Part shown: in pieces, positions 48,806 to 63,385 of the stretch
Layout of the letters: every line of letters starts with the position of its first letter
Numbering within the stretch: position 1 is the stretch's first letter
Source: Hyphochytrium catenoides
Taxonomy: Eukaryota > Protista > Hyphochytriomycota
Assembly: GCA_900088475.1 (NCBI GenBank)
Contig: FLMG01000570.1
Location: forward strand, 1 to 64,000
Length of the DNA stretch: 64,000 bases
Direction: 5' to 3'
The notes under the pieces: generated by a model
What the model was told of the DNA's origin: nothing
The model's database searches: none
What the model saw: only the letters and a program-made list of their open reading frames with translations
Made by a program: the position numbers and the translations under genes

Positions 48806-49289
48806 TTTTCCTACAGAGATACTACCGATTGAATACACGAATGCGACAGAAGAGTTAGCTATAGAAAGAGTAAAGGAGATGTACATGGCCCAAAACGGAG
48901 GATTCTCATCTTTTCCTGCTAGTCGTCACTAACATTGATGAACGGGTGTGAACACTATCGTCATCAGCAGCTTCATCATCCGTTGCATCCTCAGCGTCGC
49001 TATCCATTGTGCTAGGTCCAGCCTGGCTGACGTTCGCCCTTCCTTCTCTCTGCAGTTCCCGTCTGACGTTAACAACCTTAACGATAATGGCCGCTGTGAT
49101 GACATATTAATGGGAAGAGGGTCAACATTGTGATGTTAGACAGGAGAGTAATGGCCATCTTATCCCTCGCCCTCAGATGTCTCTCATAACTCCACGACGC
49201 CAGCTGCCCTCAAGCTGTTGTTGATTTCTTTTCACGCCATTGCCTTCCTCTTTTCTTAATCTCTCCCGCTCTGCCTCACTGCTGACCTT

Positions 49290-51502
49290 TCACGCAATTC
49301 CGATCCTACCTTCTTCCTTTCTCTTGGGGATACCGAATTGCTCCTTGTCTTCAGCATTCATTTTAGCTTCACAGTGCACGAGGTCTTTGCCAGATACGAG
49401 GAGGCTATGCCTGACATAAGTCACCTCAAAGCTTGCTATCCTTTCATTGTTAGCTCCCGTTGTTGTTGCATGGAAGAGAAGTTTAGTCTTGATCATAAAT
49501 CCAAGACCCCAAGTCCCACCCCACTGGTTCACGTTAACGTCGATCTGATGAGAACAAAATCGAAAGTCAGTCACCCAGTCTGTCAGTATGATGGGCGGCA
49601 CGCAGAAATGTGAGATAGACGTTGCTATATATAAGAACACCAAGAAAGGGCTCGGGACCAGATATACATCAACTCCAGACCCGCTGTTGAGTCCAGCATG
49701 CACATCGAGGGCGATGAGGTGCTGAGAAGATTGCGATATCTAGTTGAATGAGGAGTGAGGACCTGGATGGGGCTGGCTGCAGATTGATCCAAAAGAAGCT
49801 CCAGAGTGGGTATAGATGGTATTGTCCAACGAAGCCCCCTCTCCGCCTCTCGACTGATGACTGTTCTGCTGCACCATCTCGTCATCGCTGTTGCGTAGCT
49901 CTGAGCCTTCCGGAGATTGAGAAGGAGCACAGAGATGAGTGATGAAGAGACCGCACGTGAGAGGAACATAAAGTGGCAGGCGTTAGGGCGATAGACGTCA
50001 AAAGAGACTATTATAACCAACAATCGGAGAGCGCTGACGGCCTGACTGAAGTAAGAAGAAGACGACGAGACTCCCGGCTCAAAAGAGAACAGGACTGGAT
50101 AAGTATGCAAGACAGAATGCATAGACACGCCGTAAAGGGTTTAGCTGAGCAGTAACTACTAGACACGTGTTTCCTTGAGAGTGGCGGCGTTTTACCTGCA
50201 CCTTACTGGGTAGATGATTGGTTTGCACGATGGCTTGAGTGATGAGAAGCAGCAGAGAGTCATAGCCGCCGCGGATGGACAGGCGCCGCCCATTTAGCTC
50301 GAAGCTGTCAGACTTGATGTCTAGCATTATCTGCATTTGGTAAGTAGTAAGGGTCACTTTAAAGCAAGAAGATGAGGAAAGCCAAAGACAGATGACATTC
50401 CGTCAATAAAGAGAGAACAAGAACGATACTAATACATGGTAAGAAAGAATTCAGTATGAGCGAAGGAAGAAGCACCCATTGTACTAGACCAAAGACTGGG
50501 AAGCCCGTCTGCAGTGCATGACATAGCCTCTTATACCTGCCGCTTGCTGACTGCAGCTGCTTTAGAGTCTTCCGGCACTTCACTGCTCAACCATCGCTTA
50601 TCCGGGACGAGGAGGAGGAGGGTCCGCTCCTGATTTCCAGGACTTTCTCCTAGTCCCAGAAGCTCGACTGTGGCCTAACAGAGATGAGGTGAAAGCGGGC
50701 CCAAGGTTGAATAAGGCAGAGCTTATTGCAAAGGCTAAAACTTCCAAGGAAGTTTGAGAGAAGTAGCATATAGGTGAAAGCTATGATGACGTCCGAGATA
50801 TGCAAGGACTCTCAAGGATCAAGCAGCAACCTCTAGCCATTGCAAAGCCGTTTCGCAGCTTAGCAGCGTTTGTCGAAAGATTTCTCCCTCCTCCTGGCTC
50901 AATGTCTTTAACGCCTCGCTTGGCTCTAGGTGCAAGCTCTCTAGCACTAGAGAGGGCCATCGGTGGCGCTGTAGATCAGACTGGTTTCGTACAAGGGCAG
51001 AAAGAGCAGAATCCAGCACTCGTCGTCCTCTTAGAGCCTTATGAAGGANNNNNNNNNNNNNNNNNNNNNNNNNNNNNNNNNNNNNNNNNNNNNNNNNNNN
51101 NNNNNNNNNNNNNNNNNNNNNCCTCATCCGGATCATGCTCTTCCCTTTCTGGCATTAGCCCACCCTCGCACTCATAGAAACCCTCATCAGGGCTATTCCC
51201 AGCCACCGCTTTTACCATCATGGAGGTAGCCTCCGGCCGGGCAACCTCAGAGGTCATCCTTCGGTAAGGACCTTACCAAAGGCCGTACTGCTAAGTGTGG
51301 CAGCAGCAGCAGGCTTTCTCCTCTGGAGCCTTTCCAGTGAGCGAAGAGCAAGACCAGTTTGCACCGCGTCCGCAGAGTCTGTATGAAGACTGTTGAGGCA
51401 GCTCCTAACCAGACAAAACTCAAGAGGATAGGCGGTAAGGCCGGATCTCTGGAAGTCACGGCAGAGACAAGCCTTTGCTGGGGAGCGCTCTATGTTGAAC
51501 AT
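49290..51502 (-). CDS. Hypothetical protein; multi-exon, spans an N-gap, boundaries approximate
   Basis: Phase-compatible exon chain ...QIMLDIKSDSFELNG...KVQ/AQSYATAMTRWCSRTVISREAE...PIQ/IDVNVNQWGGTWGLGF...FEVTYVRH. No family recognised. Confidence 0.5.
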
Positions 51503-51884
51503 TGCAGCGCTTGTGTCCTTTCATTCTCCTATCATTTCCTATGGAACATCATCAGAGATAGCCGCTAACGCCCTCTTCCCTCTTCCAGCTTCAACCTGAG
51601 GATTATGATTTCTGGGGCTTTCTTGGTGGAGCCTAGAGAAGGAGATGCAATAATTCTCTACTGTCGCAAGCGAAGGCAGCACTTAGGCGGAGGCCGAAGT
51701 AGGCTTACTTGAGGCTAGCATCCAGCATAGCGCCTCACAATGGCATATGGGGAGGCTGTCACCAGAATGAGTAGCTCTTCTCTATAGTAATATTGGTGTA
51801 TGTATTGAAGCTTGGAAGAGTGCGCTAAGAACCGAGCCTGACTTTTTTGGCGTGAGAATAAATAGCTAGGTCGGTCTTGACTCA

Positions 51885-54800
51885 TTAGACTAGCAGGGTG
51901 TCCGCAAGGTGAACTACAATATCGATGCCTGAGTCCTCCTCATGATAGAAGTGTGAGTTTTTGCCTACGATCCTATCATGAGCCTGTAGGCCATTGAACA
52001 AACAGTCCAGACGGCGCCAGGACAGCGTCTGCAGCGAGCCATACATCTCCCTCAAGGTGTCCCTGTCAGGATCATCTTCAAAAGTAGCTGTCAGATCATC
52101 CATTAATATCTGTCCTGAGGACCGATCACCCTCAGTTTGAACAAGGTCAGGCAGGCCTTCGATGGCTCTGGAGCTGCCGCCTCCAGCTTGCCTAGCGCCA
52201 GGCTTGAGTTGATGGATGTTGGCGCCAAAAGTAGCTACGGCCCTTATGGCCTTGCTGATCTTCGACATGTTGGCATGTCGTGGGCTTCCAAATTTTGAAA
52301 TGTCTTCGTCCATAGCTGCCCGATCTGCTGTGATGATACTTCTCTCAGATATGGTAGCCCGAGATTCCGTAAAGGTGAACTTGCTGCTGTCAGTGCCGAC
52401 GGATGTCGGGCTGAACGTGGCGTTAGGGGTCTCCACCTGGTCCTTCTGCTGTGAGAGAAAAGTGTTCAAGATCGTGAACGTCTCTCTCAGTATGGGCGCA
52501 TTAGATGTGGAAGCCAGCGTGATGTGGGGGTAAGTTGGCGATGTCTCCGTGCTGATTAAATCGTTCTGGTACGGGTTATAGACCCTAATAGCGGCTGTGT
52601 TATAAGGGACCTGCAGCAACATATAAGTCCAGGGAAGTGCCGTAACGGGATCATCTAGAGGGAACCCAACCTAGCAGAGAACAGAAGAGAAGGAAGCTGC
52701 AACAGGACAGCACGATGCTACTAGCGGCAGTAGACTTCAGGACTTACTTGAAGGTCGTGAAAGATATTGGCGTATAGCGTCCGAGCTGCAAACTTGCCCA
52801 GTCCAGCTATAAAAGCCCCTCGAGTCAAGCACAGTAGCGTGCAAGGGTATTCAGGACTCGGGCGGCTAGCAAGGCAGCGGCTCGTCAGTAGTGCTCTTGC
52901 AGCCAACGATATCGTCGAGATAAAGTCATAAAAGTCACTGTCGTCCGCTACCTCAAGTCAAGCTCAACCAAGTGAAAACTATTGAAGGTTACAACGTGCG
53001 TACCTTTCTCCTTTTACTAACCGATCATCTTGAAGGCCTGACTCTGCAGACAGCCGGTTCGATAGCGCGCTCTCGGAGCTAACTCGTGCCTCAGCGCCTA
53101 CCTGTGTACCTTCCACGACCTGATCCAACTTAGGGTTGTTTTGGTCCAAACTTTTGCCGAGAACGTCGACGCCAGCATTTTCTAATGCAGGGAGCCAAAA
53201 GTCAATGATTCGCCGGTCGGCGCAACGAAACATATGGGCGGCATTATCGGCATGCAGCTCCATCAGCGTCACATTCTCCAATTCTTCTATCACACAAACA
53301 GCACCCTGCTGGATCTTTAAGAGTTTGACTGGCATGGCTCCTCCATCTGATTCATAGATAAGGAGAAGGCTAGTCCCGTCGTGCAAAAGAAGCATGCAAT
53401 AGTACGGTAGAAACCCAGAGCCCACACCAGCCCTTCGCATCTCTAGCCAGGTTGCCACCGCCGCCCAGCCGGAAGCAGCTACATCCGTAACCGAATTAGT
53501 GTCAACCTGCTGAAGGTTTACCGGGTCTACCAGCCTATGAGGAGATGGCGTAAGCGATTCAAAGTCGACTCCAGTTCAAATCTACTCCATACCTATACAT
53601 TGCGAAGCCATCTACGAAGACTGCTGTGCCATCAACTGCGGGGGATATCTCCCAGGCGTCTAGGAGCTGCTGCCCTCTGAGCACACCTTCAGTTCTTGTA
53701 CCGACCCAGCCCGCTCTGACTGCCCACGCTACGAAGTCCTTACCTACAGAAGGCGAAAGTGAAAGCAAGAGGTGAGATTTGCAGATAAAGGGTACAGGTT
53801 GGTCTCGTGCTCAATGCCCGGACAATATAATTCTTTTGAAACTCGCCTGTAAAGTGCTCCTTGGAGTTGACCTTAATTGATTTAGACTTCTGTAGCATAA
53901 TTTGCTCTCGCAGATCAGCTACCATCTGAGATACAAGCGTTTGCTGGACTTCCGACAAGCACAAAAAATCCTTTCTCTGTTCAAAGACATTGCCGCTAAG
54001 GCGCTCATGTACTTCAGCGAAGATTCCGGCTTTGCTGATTCTACCCGAATGCTGGATTTGTTCTGAGCCCTGGCGCTGAACCCCCGTGGCCGCGGCGCCT
54101 GGCCCGCTCTTATAAATGGCGGGGGTGGACCGCAAGAAGTCGTGCCGCGTCAGTTCCACTGTTTCGGGGCTGGCGGTGTCATTCAAAACTAACTGTTCTC
54201 CAGTCCTGCCCATAAGGTGGTGGTTAGGACCAAGGCGTCTCGGCGCATAAAGGAGGTTGCTCTGTCTTCTTAGGCCGCTGCATCCCTGCACTTACACACT
54301 ATAACACCTGTACGGGCCGTTGATGTCCCTAAAACACTCCATCACAGGCTTCCGGTCCAGTTCTAAGCTCTCGTCATTTCGTTAAGCTAGCTACAGTTAC
54401 CTGTCGAACAGCTGACCGGCCACAGTGTTGAACACCTTGTTTACGATACTGGTCGAGGGTCGTCGGACGCCCATATGAGGGGAAGCAAAAGTGACAAAGT
54501 TCTACAGAGGAAGAAGTACAGTGTAGCAAAGAAAAGGAAGAAGTACAGTGTAGCAAAGAGAAGGGTTAGGAGGTTCGTCACCCATGAGCCTAAGGAGCTT
54601 TTTCAAACGTATTGGTACGTAGAAGAACTTACCATTGGCTCATACTTAGTGAAGAAGCCCTTGGAATAGAGCACCCCAATGGCATAACGGGAGTATAGCC
54701 CTCCTAGTGAGTGCGCGATGATAGAAATCTTCCGCAGCTTGGGTAAAGTCGCAGCCACCTCTTCCACCTCCTGGGCTAACCTTTTACCCCCGAAGTCTAT

Positions 54801-56035
54801 GCCATCGTGGGTGGTCGTATACTTCCCTGTATTGCAGGACGTGGCATGGACGAAGATAGCTGGAATTCAGGAGGTCAAAAAGGAGAAGGAGGAGCTTCAG
54901 GCAGCCGCTGTGGGGATTCAAGACATTCATGGCGGCGTACGTTCTTCTTGAAACGACCGCAGGAGATGCCACTTGAGATAAGTGAAGTCTCGTTCATTTC
55001 CATGAAGCCCGTGCTGCAGAACAACCAGATGCTCGGCCTCTTCAGGCAGGCTGAGGTTATGGCACACAGGCAGAAGGAAAATCAGCGGTACTCTGGGTCG
55101 TTGAAAGGTAAGATATAGCGTACCACCCATGGAAGGTAGCCTGAACCTCTACGTCCTGGTATGCATCGGTATCGGGCAAACTCTCGGCCAAGATCTCGGC
55201 ACTGTCAGCAGGACTGACAAGATTGCAGTTGACCGCTCGCACATGGTTATCTAAGGGGTTTCTCAGTGAAGGATCTGCATCTGAAGCAAAGGAAGTCAGG
55301 AACACCATTGTTCGGTTGTGAGGTTAGACCTTTGCCTTCAGGATTTTTTGATCGTTGAGTTGACGAAAGCTCTTCTACTTCTGGTGTCTCTTTGGTATTC
55401 GCTGGCTTACCCTTCTTAGTGAAACTCGAGAGGAGGCTAAGACCCTTAGTGATGGGCCACAGGTCATTTCCTCCGTTTCCATCCTGTCCATTGGGCACGT
55501 CTTTATTTTCTTCTTCTACATCGACTGTCTCAGGGGCCTTCTTCACGTCAGGCGAGGAACCCAAACCGTCTGAGCTCGCACTCTCCCTCTCTGAAGTAGA
55601 CGTCTTGCTGCAGAGAAACGGTCCTGTTCAGTGTCAAGCTGGTGTCAGACAAGAGGGGTGGTCTCTTATTACCCTTGAGCTTTAGAAACTCGAAATGGCC
55701 ATCGACTGCTTAGACTGGTCAGGCTACCTTGGTCTCTCCCCCAGTCAGCTTCCCTTGTGGTCCGGAGAACATCTGGATTCTGTCTTCGAAGACTCAAGTA
55801 TGCCAGGAACTCATTCTCAGCCGATTGAGAGAAGTGGAAAAAGTTATCAAGAGTCTCCAGCAGCTCTGTCTTCTGCAAATGTTTGACAGTGTGTATGGCT
55901 CTCGAAGAAAAGCCTAAAACCATGACAGTGATGGGGCGGATTGGCGGAATGAGTGAAGGTTGAAGCCATTTTAGCATCAACAGAGTCCACACCTTCGGTA
56001 GGGGGTTCAGGTTTAGCAGGAGTCGGACTCTCCAT
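51885..56035 (-). CDS. DUF676 (ROG1-like) putative serine esterase/lipase with inserted DEP and PH domains; multi-exon
   Basis: HLVVLQHGLHG, THDGIDFGGKRLAQEV, ISIIAHSLGGLYSRYAIG, NFVTFASPHMGV, RTGEQLVLND, then after the insert FAARTLYANIFHDLQVPYNTAAI and LSWRRLD...AHDRIV. Confidence 0.85.
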
Positions 56036-57531
56036 TGCTGAAAACCGGCTGGTAGTGCTTCGCGCAGGAAATTCAGCTCTCCAAAGCCGTTATTTAGGCC
56101 CCGGACCCACCATTCTTTCGTTATCACCACCTACACAGAACATCCTTGACGCTACCCACTATCAATGTTCAAGAGTTCCATCCTCACGCTAGCACGTAGC
56201 ACTGGCCGCCGATTGAAGAGTTGACCCAGTAAGGCGGTAGCCTTCGAGCGACACTGTCGAGCGTCTGTCTTATATGTCACGCCTTTAGTTCATGGTGCTG
56301 CAGAGCTCTCCTTGCCCGAGGCAGCCTCTATCCTCAGAACCCAGCAGCACCACCTAAAGGCACGCCACCAACAAGCATCATCATCATCAGGATCATGGGC
56401 TTTGCGCTTTGCGCCCTAAAGAAGAGTCAGGGAAATCAAGTTGCAGTGTCTTTTGTGTGATGACATAAATACAGTTACCGGCCTTACTGCCCGTTACCAG
56501 TTAGCTCATGGGCGGAAGGAAGGCTGTGTAACGGACAGAGGCCGAAGCTGATCCAACAGCGTCACGTCGAGGAACTGGAGCAGCCTCTGGAACTTTGCTG
56601 GTCCTTGGTTGTCTGATCCTCTATAGTTATAAGGCGCCTAGGATCTTGGTGGATCTTCGATTATCGAGGCCAGATGGGTCTAGTGCTAGTAGATCACCCT
56701 CATTCATTCTCCTCAGGGTGCGTTCGAATGATTGGGTTGACACAGTCCTGCCTCCGTTTGCAAAGAATACTACCCCTCCGTGTCTCTGAGCAGAGTTAGA
56801 ACGATGTGCTTGAGTAAACAGTGCCTTACTGTTCAACCCAAGGGCAAGCTCCCACGAGGGAGGTTCAGAAGAGCGACACTTGTTATCGAAAGGAATTACG
56901 CTACAGAAGAAGGTTTCTATATATATTTATAGCGAGATGTCCTTCCTTCTGCGGCAATCCATCCCGGCTTGAGAGTCGATGTTTTTGAGATACCAAGCTG
57001 AAGAAGTATGAGGCTCGGTTTAAAGCTGTAGGGCTGCACTTTTTCCCCCCTAGTTCTAGAGTCTTTTGTCCCGCTAGCTTCAATGTGATCGTTCTTCATG
57101 TGATGCTTCTCGGCATCATGGTCATTAGTCTCGCTTAATGATGGGTTTAAGGCTTCATACTAGAATCTCCTTTTTCCATCCATGGAGTAGATTCTCTTCA
57201 GATGTTGAAGCGTAAGCGTATTCCTCTTCAGCAGTTTTACCCTCTCTTGGTTGCCTGATCTAGTGTGCTGATGGCCTTGGTGCCTGTTCTTCCCCCTTCT
57301 CCTGTTGTTGTTGCCGAGGCAATCAACCTTGATTATTACTAGACAGATATGATGGTGAAGGAGAGAGAGTGGAAGAGACCAAGACTAGGTAGCTCTTGCC
57401 TGTTCCTCTGGTAGTGGTAATTCGTTATAAGAAAAGTAAAGATTGATATGACTGTACAATCCTTCCCCAGTGCCAGTACGAAGTATAACCTTTCCCTAAG
57501 GCACACTGCCAGAGCTACCACGTCAGAGACT

Positions 57532-59390
<1,859 letters not shown>

Positions 59391-60378
59391 TTGTCGGAGC
59401 GCAGGTGAGACTGCTTTCAGCTGGGCTGGGTGGTGATTTTGTGGAGCGTATCGGGTGGAGCTCTAAGAGGTTGATTGAGCGGTCAACTCCTCTATCTAGG
59501 AGCCTCGCATTGGTCCCTACGAGGTAGCTTCCATAGACCGACCCTAGGTAGCCTAATGCAAGGCTCAGCAGAGCAGGTGATCATATACCATTGGTGCCTC
59601 CAAAGTCGGAGATCTTCGCAACTTGGCTGAAGGTTTTCCTAGATTAAGATGCACTATTGATGCTTGGCTGAGTTCCTTAGCTTGATGCGCGTGAAGACGC
59701 TTGCACTTGTCTCACAAGCGTTCAGTAGCGCCGTCGTACCAAGGACAGAAATGGCCGCCGAGGTTATGGAGTCAGTTGTCCTTGACCGGAACCTTCTAAC
59801 AAAAGTTTATGGAGCTTGAGGCCTGGTCTCTCCTGAAGGTCCTCCCGTAGTTCAGAACAAACAAGCCACCTTCAAGAGAGCGTGTTGACGCGAGGAGAAG
59901 GGAGAGTAGATGAGTGATGATAAAGAGAGAAGAAAGAAAGTGCCGCTTGATGTTCCAATAATCATAGAGACGAACAACAAAGACACAGCAACTTCAGGGG
60001 TTGATCTGAGGGGCAAGGCTTGTGTTGATATACTGTACCTGTGCTCACACATTATTGCCCTACTTTTGAGAGTGGAAAGCTTCAACAGCAACCAGGCTCA
60101 GAGCTTTGGCTGTGTCTATCAGTGCTCTACCACTGCAAGAGCTCGCTCCTTACGCTTCTGCAAGCCCAAGTAAGCTCCACTTTGCCTTTGCGTCGGTTGA
60201 AAGTTCTTTTCTAAGGGGGAGGGTCAAGAGTTCACTATCTTCAAAGCCTCCATAGAAGTGGTCTGGGCAGCACGCTTGGAGCTCATGGTTCACTGTCTCA
60301 CCTGGATCTGATTGCTAGAGTTTCCTATTGGTAAAGTGCCTGTGACTTGAGGAGTGTTCTAGCACTCCACCCAGTGCC

Positions 60379-62409
60379 ATGTCCTGGAAGGCACTAGCTT
60401 GGGGTTCCCAGCCCACGACCGGGAACGATGGCACTGATGGCGTTGGTCAGAAAGGAGAGATAGCCTCTGACAGGTATGGACGAATGAATGCTCCTACGTT
60501 TGTGGGTTGAAAGCCTTAGTCGTGCCATTACCAAGCAGACCTGCAGATGGCACTTCCAACGTTTCAGGTATGACTGAGACTTCTATTAGGATGCCTGCTG
60601 TCTGACGTTGTACTCATATCATGACTCAGTGGCCTCACTTCCAAAGTCACTCACGGAGAAGGTCTATGAAGTGCTTAAGTTCCTGAAAGATGTGCCCATG
60701 CACAAACCTGTGGGGGCGGAGGAGATACTCACCGGAATTGGCATTGTAAGTGTACGGCGGAGCAGACTGCAGGCAAGCCCCATTAAGACGTTGACATGTT
60801 CACATTGTTCTTTTCTCACAGAATATTAACAATGATGCGGAGCTTCAGAAGAGGCTCCAGGAGAACCCAAAGGTTGTCTTTGCGAGTAACATGTATGCAT
60901 ATCAGGTAGCAACTATTCCTCTTTGAACACCCTTGTACTAGGCAATAAGAGTCTATCTTGCGTTCACTTGCAGGCTAAATATGATGTGAAGAATGTTCAT
61001 CAGCTTCTCCAAGTGATAGAGAAGGTGAATGGTCGCTGGCCTCAGTCGCCGTATCTAAGGAGCTAATGTCTGCATGATTGTAGAATGGCAATGGTCTGCC
61101 TATGAAAGACTTGGAAGACTGTTATGTGGGCATTGACCAGGATATCCGAGTAAGTAGATATACTAGCTGGCATCATACTTTAATCAGCTAAACTTTCCCT
61201 TTAGAGCTTGCTTCAAGAGGGCAGTATCATTGCTGTGAGGACCGACTCCGGTGGCAGTGGGGAGCTCATCCTCTATCCACGAGGGCCAAAGTAAGCTTAA
61301 CTGATGCATCTAGAGCTTTTTTGCGTCCATCGTGGTCATTGGCGTTATTATAGGTTTCTTTCGCAGCTTAGTGGCACGTTGTCCGTGGAGCCTGGTAGCA
61401 ACATGAGTAAGACCACGTGCGATCTCACAACAGAAGTCAGAAGAGGAGACGCCATCATGGTGATCTGGCAGCCTTTGGTACCTTATGTTTCTCGCTTCCT
61501 TGCTCATAGCGGCATGTTGTAGGTGGGCGAAAAATGGTTTCGTGTGTCACTGGCGCAGAAAGGCAGTCAGGTGGGTACCGTCCTAGGAGGTAATGATGCT
61601 TAGGGCTCAATCCTTTATGCTTTTAGGCTGAGCCGGGTCCCTCCATGACTCAGAGAAAGCTTGTGAACTCTAAAAAGTCAAAGTAAGACCTATAGAGTGT
61701 GTCATTTGAGTCCATTTGGCAAACTAACAGGGCTTATTTAGGTTCATCCATAACTTTGACGAGCAAAACCTGCCCCTAGATAATGTTTGGTCTTCTGGAG
61801 GTGGTGAGGTAAGAGTACTATAGTGATAACATCATGCCAAACCCTCTTTAGGCACTTGACACTAATGGTGGTGATAGGATGGTCCGCTCTCGGGTCTAAC
61901 AGCATTCAAGTTCGGTAAGTAGTAGCCATTGTTACCTGACACCTGCAGGCAACTCAAGAATACTGTTCCAAAGGTTGTACCAATGACTTAAGACAGTTGT
62001 GGGAGGACACCCTAGAGGGCTGGCCTCAAGACAGGTGCGAAAGCCCACTTTGGATTTTCCTTCCACGGCTTAAAAAGTGTCCTCATTATTGTGCTGTCCC
62101 AACATCAGAGCCACTCTCGAGGAGCAAATGGTACGGGCAGGTCTGACTTCTCAAGATGCTGTCAGTGTGCGACGACCAGTTCGAAAGGTAAGTGACCCGC
62201 AAGGAAGTCTAGGTCTTTGGAAGAAGGTTGACTGCCTCGCCACCTAGATGCGGAAGGATCCAGTGCGAAGGAACCAGAAGCAGAAGGGACAACGGAATAT
62301 CAAACTCAGCAACGCTCATCTAATAGGGACAGAGCTTGGAAACCTTTTACAGTCTGGCGCGGATGGGGGCCATAGTCTGGGAGCAGCCCGCTTTGAGAAG
62401 CGGTCATAG
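60379..62409 (+). CDS. GTF2E2: Transcription initiation factor IIE beta subunit with an internal insertion; multi-exon
   Basis: Spliced motifs VYEVLKFLK, LQENPKV, YAYQAKYDVKN..QLL, GLPMKDLEDCY, ILYPRG, DLRQLW, LEEQMVRAGL, a basic tract and KLSNAHL. Confidence 0.82.
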
Positions 62410-62568
62410 GGATGGCACTATCCTCAACAGGCTGAACTGGTGTATCATATGTAGATAGACGGTTTATAAATAACTTAAGAGGTATTGGCAAGGCCAGGCA
62501 TGTGCTACTTTGTAGATGCAGGCCTTGACGTGCACCCCCACTGCTCCATCTGCGCTTCCTGGAGCTGC

Positions 62569-63385
62569 CTAACCTTGCGCTCCTCTCGTTTGTGCGCTCT
62601 TGTGGCGTTTAGCTCATCCGCGTAGCGCCCTTGTAGGCTGTGGTACTTGCCGCTGCTTGTGAGCTGATGAGAAACCTCTTGGCAATGTCGCTTTCTTTCT
62701 TGTTCTTGCTCGAGAAACTAAGCAGACAGAGTAATGTAGGTATTCCATATAAACGCGCAGGTGAATATCAGGTTCTAACGAGATCCTCACCTTGCTTCGG
62801 GCCAAGGATGGGCTAAATGTGGAATTGAGGTCGAAGGTCTTTTCCATAAGATCCGGATGGACCGGCATCTCCAGGCGACCCAAGGCGCTCGGACGCTGTA
62901 GGGGAGAAATTATGTAGAGTACAGGGTTATTTCTACGGAAGATCGCCCTCTCTCTATAATCTACAGCATACCTTATGTGGTTCCTGGTTCCTTTGCGACT
63001 CAAGCACGACCTGGAACTTCGTCTTTTTCAAAGTTGGCATTGGCTGCTTTGGCGGGAGAACTTCCGCCCTGTAGTTGTAAGCATATAAGGGGCTGTCATA
63101 TGCTCCGATTGCCTTCTTTTCCCGCAGACACAGTTGCCTGGCTCCCGTGCTGTTATCCCAGTCCTTCTGCCTCAGACCCAACAAATCGGGCCTGGACGCC
63201 CGCTGGACACTCTTTTTGATTGCTAGCTTTTCTGACGGAATGCTCTCACGGTGAAAGACATGCTCCTTGGCAGAGTAGTTCACGTCACTTTTTATACTCC
63301 CGACCTGCAGCTTAGCTTTCAGATAGGTATGCGTTTCAGTGGTACCTCGGCCATCCGCCTCTTGGCCGTCCACTCTGCGTGACAT
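62569..63385 (-). CDS. Hypothetical protein (3 exons predicted)
   Basis: Long exon 62954-63385 ending at a GTATG donor, with phase-compatible downstream exons ending ...TRGAQG*. Confidence 0.55.

Noticed and set aside
6818-56035. Functional cluster of membrane-traffic/phosphoinositide genes (tetraspanin, PI4KII, NSF, INPP5B, DEP-PH lipase)
   Set aside because: These genes are interspersed with unrelated housekeeping genes on both strands, which is compatible with chance unless synteny or co-expression is shown.
56595-57330. Short ORFs between the DUF676 gene and UXS1, including a TAG-interrupted minus-strand frame
   Set aside because: I could not build a consistent exon chain or recognise any homology, so this is insufficient for a gene or readthrough call.
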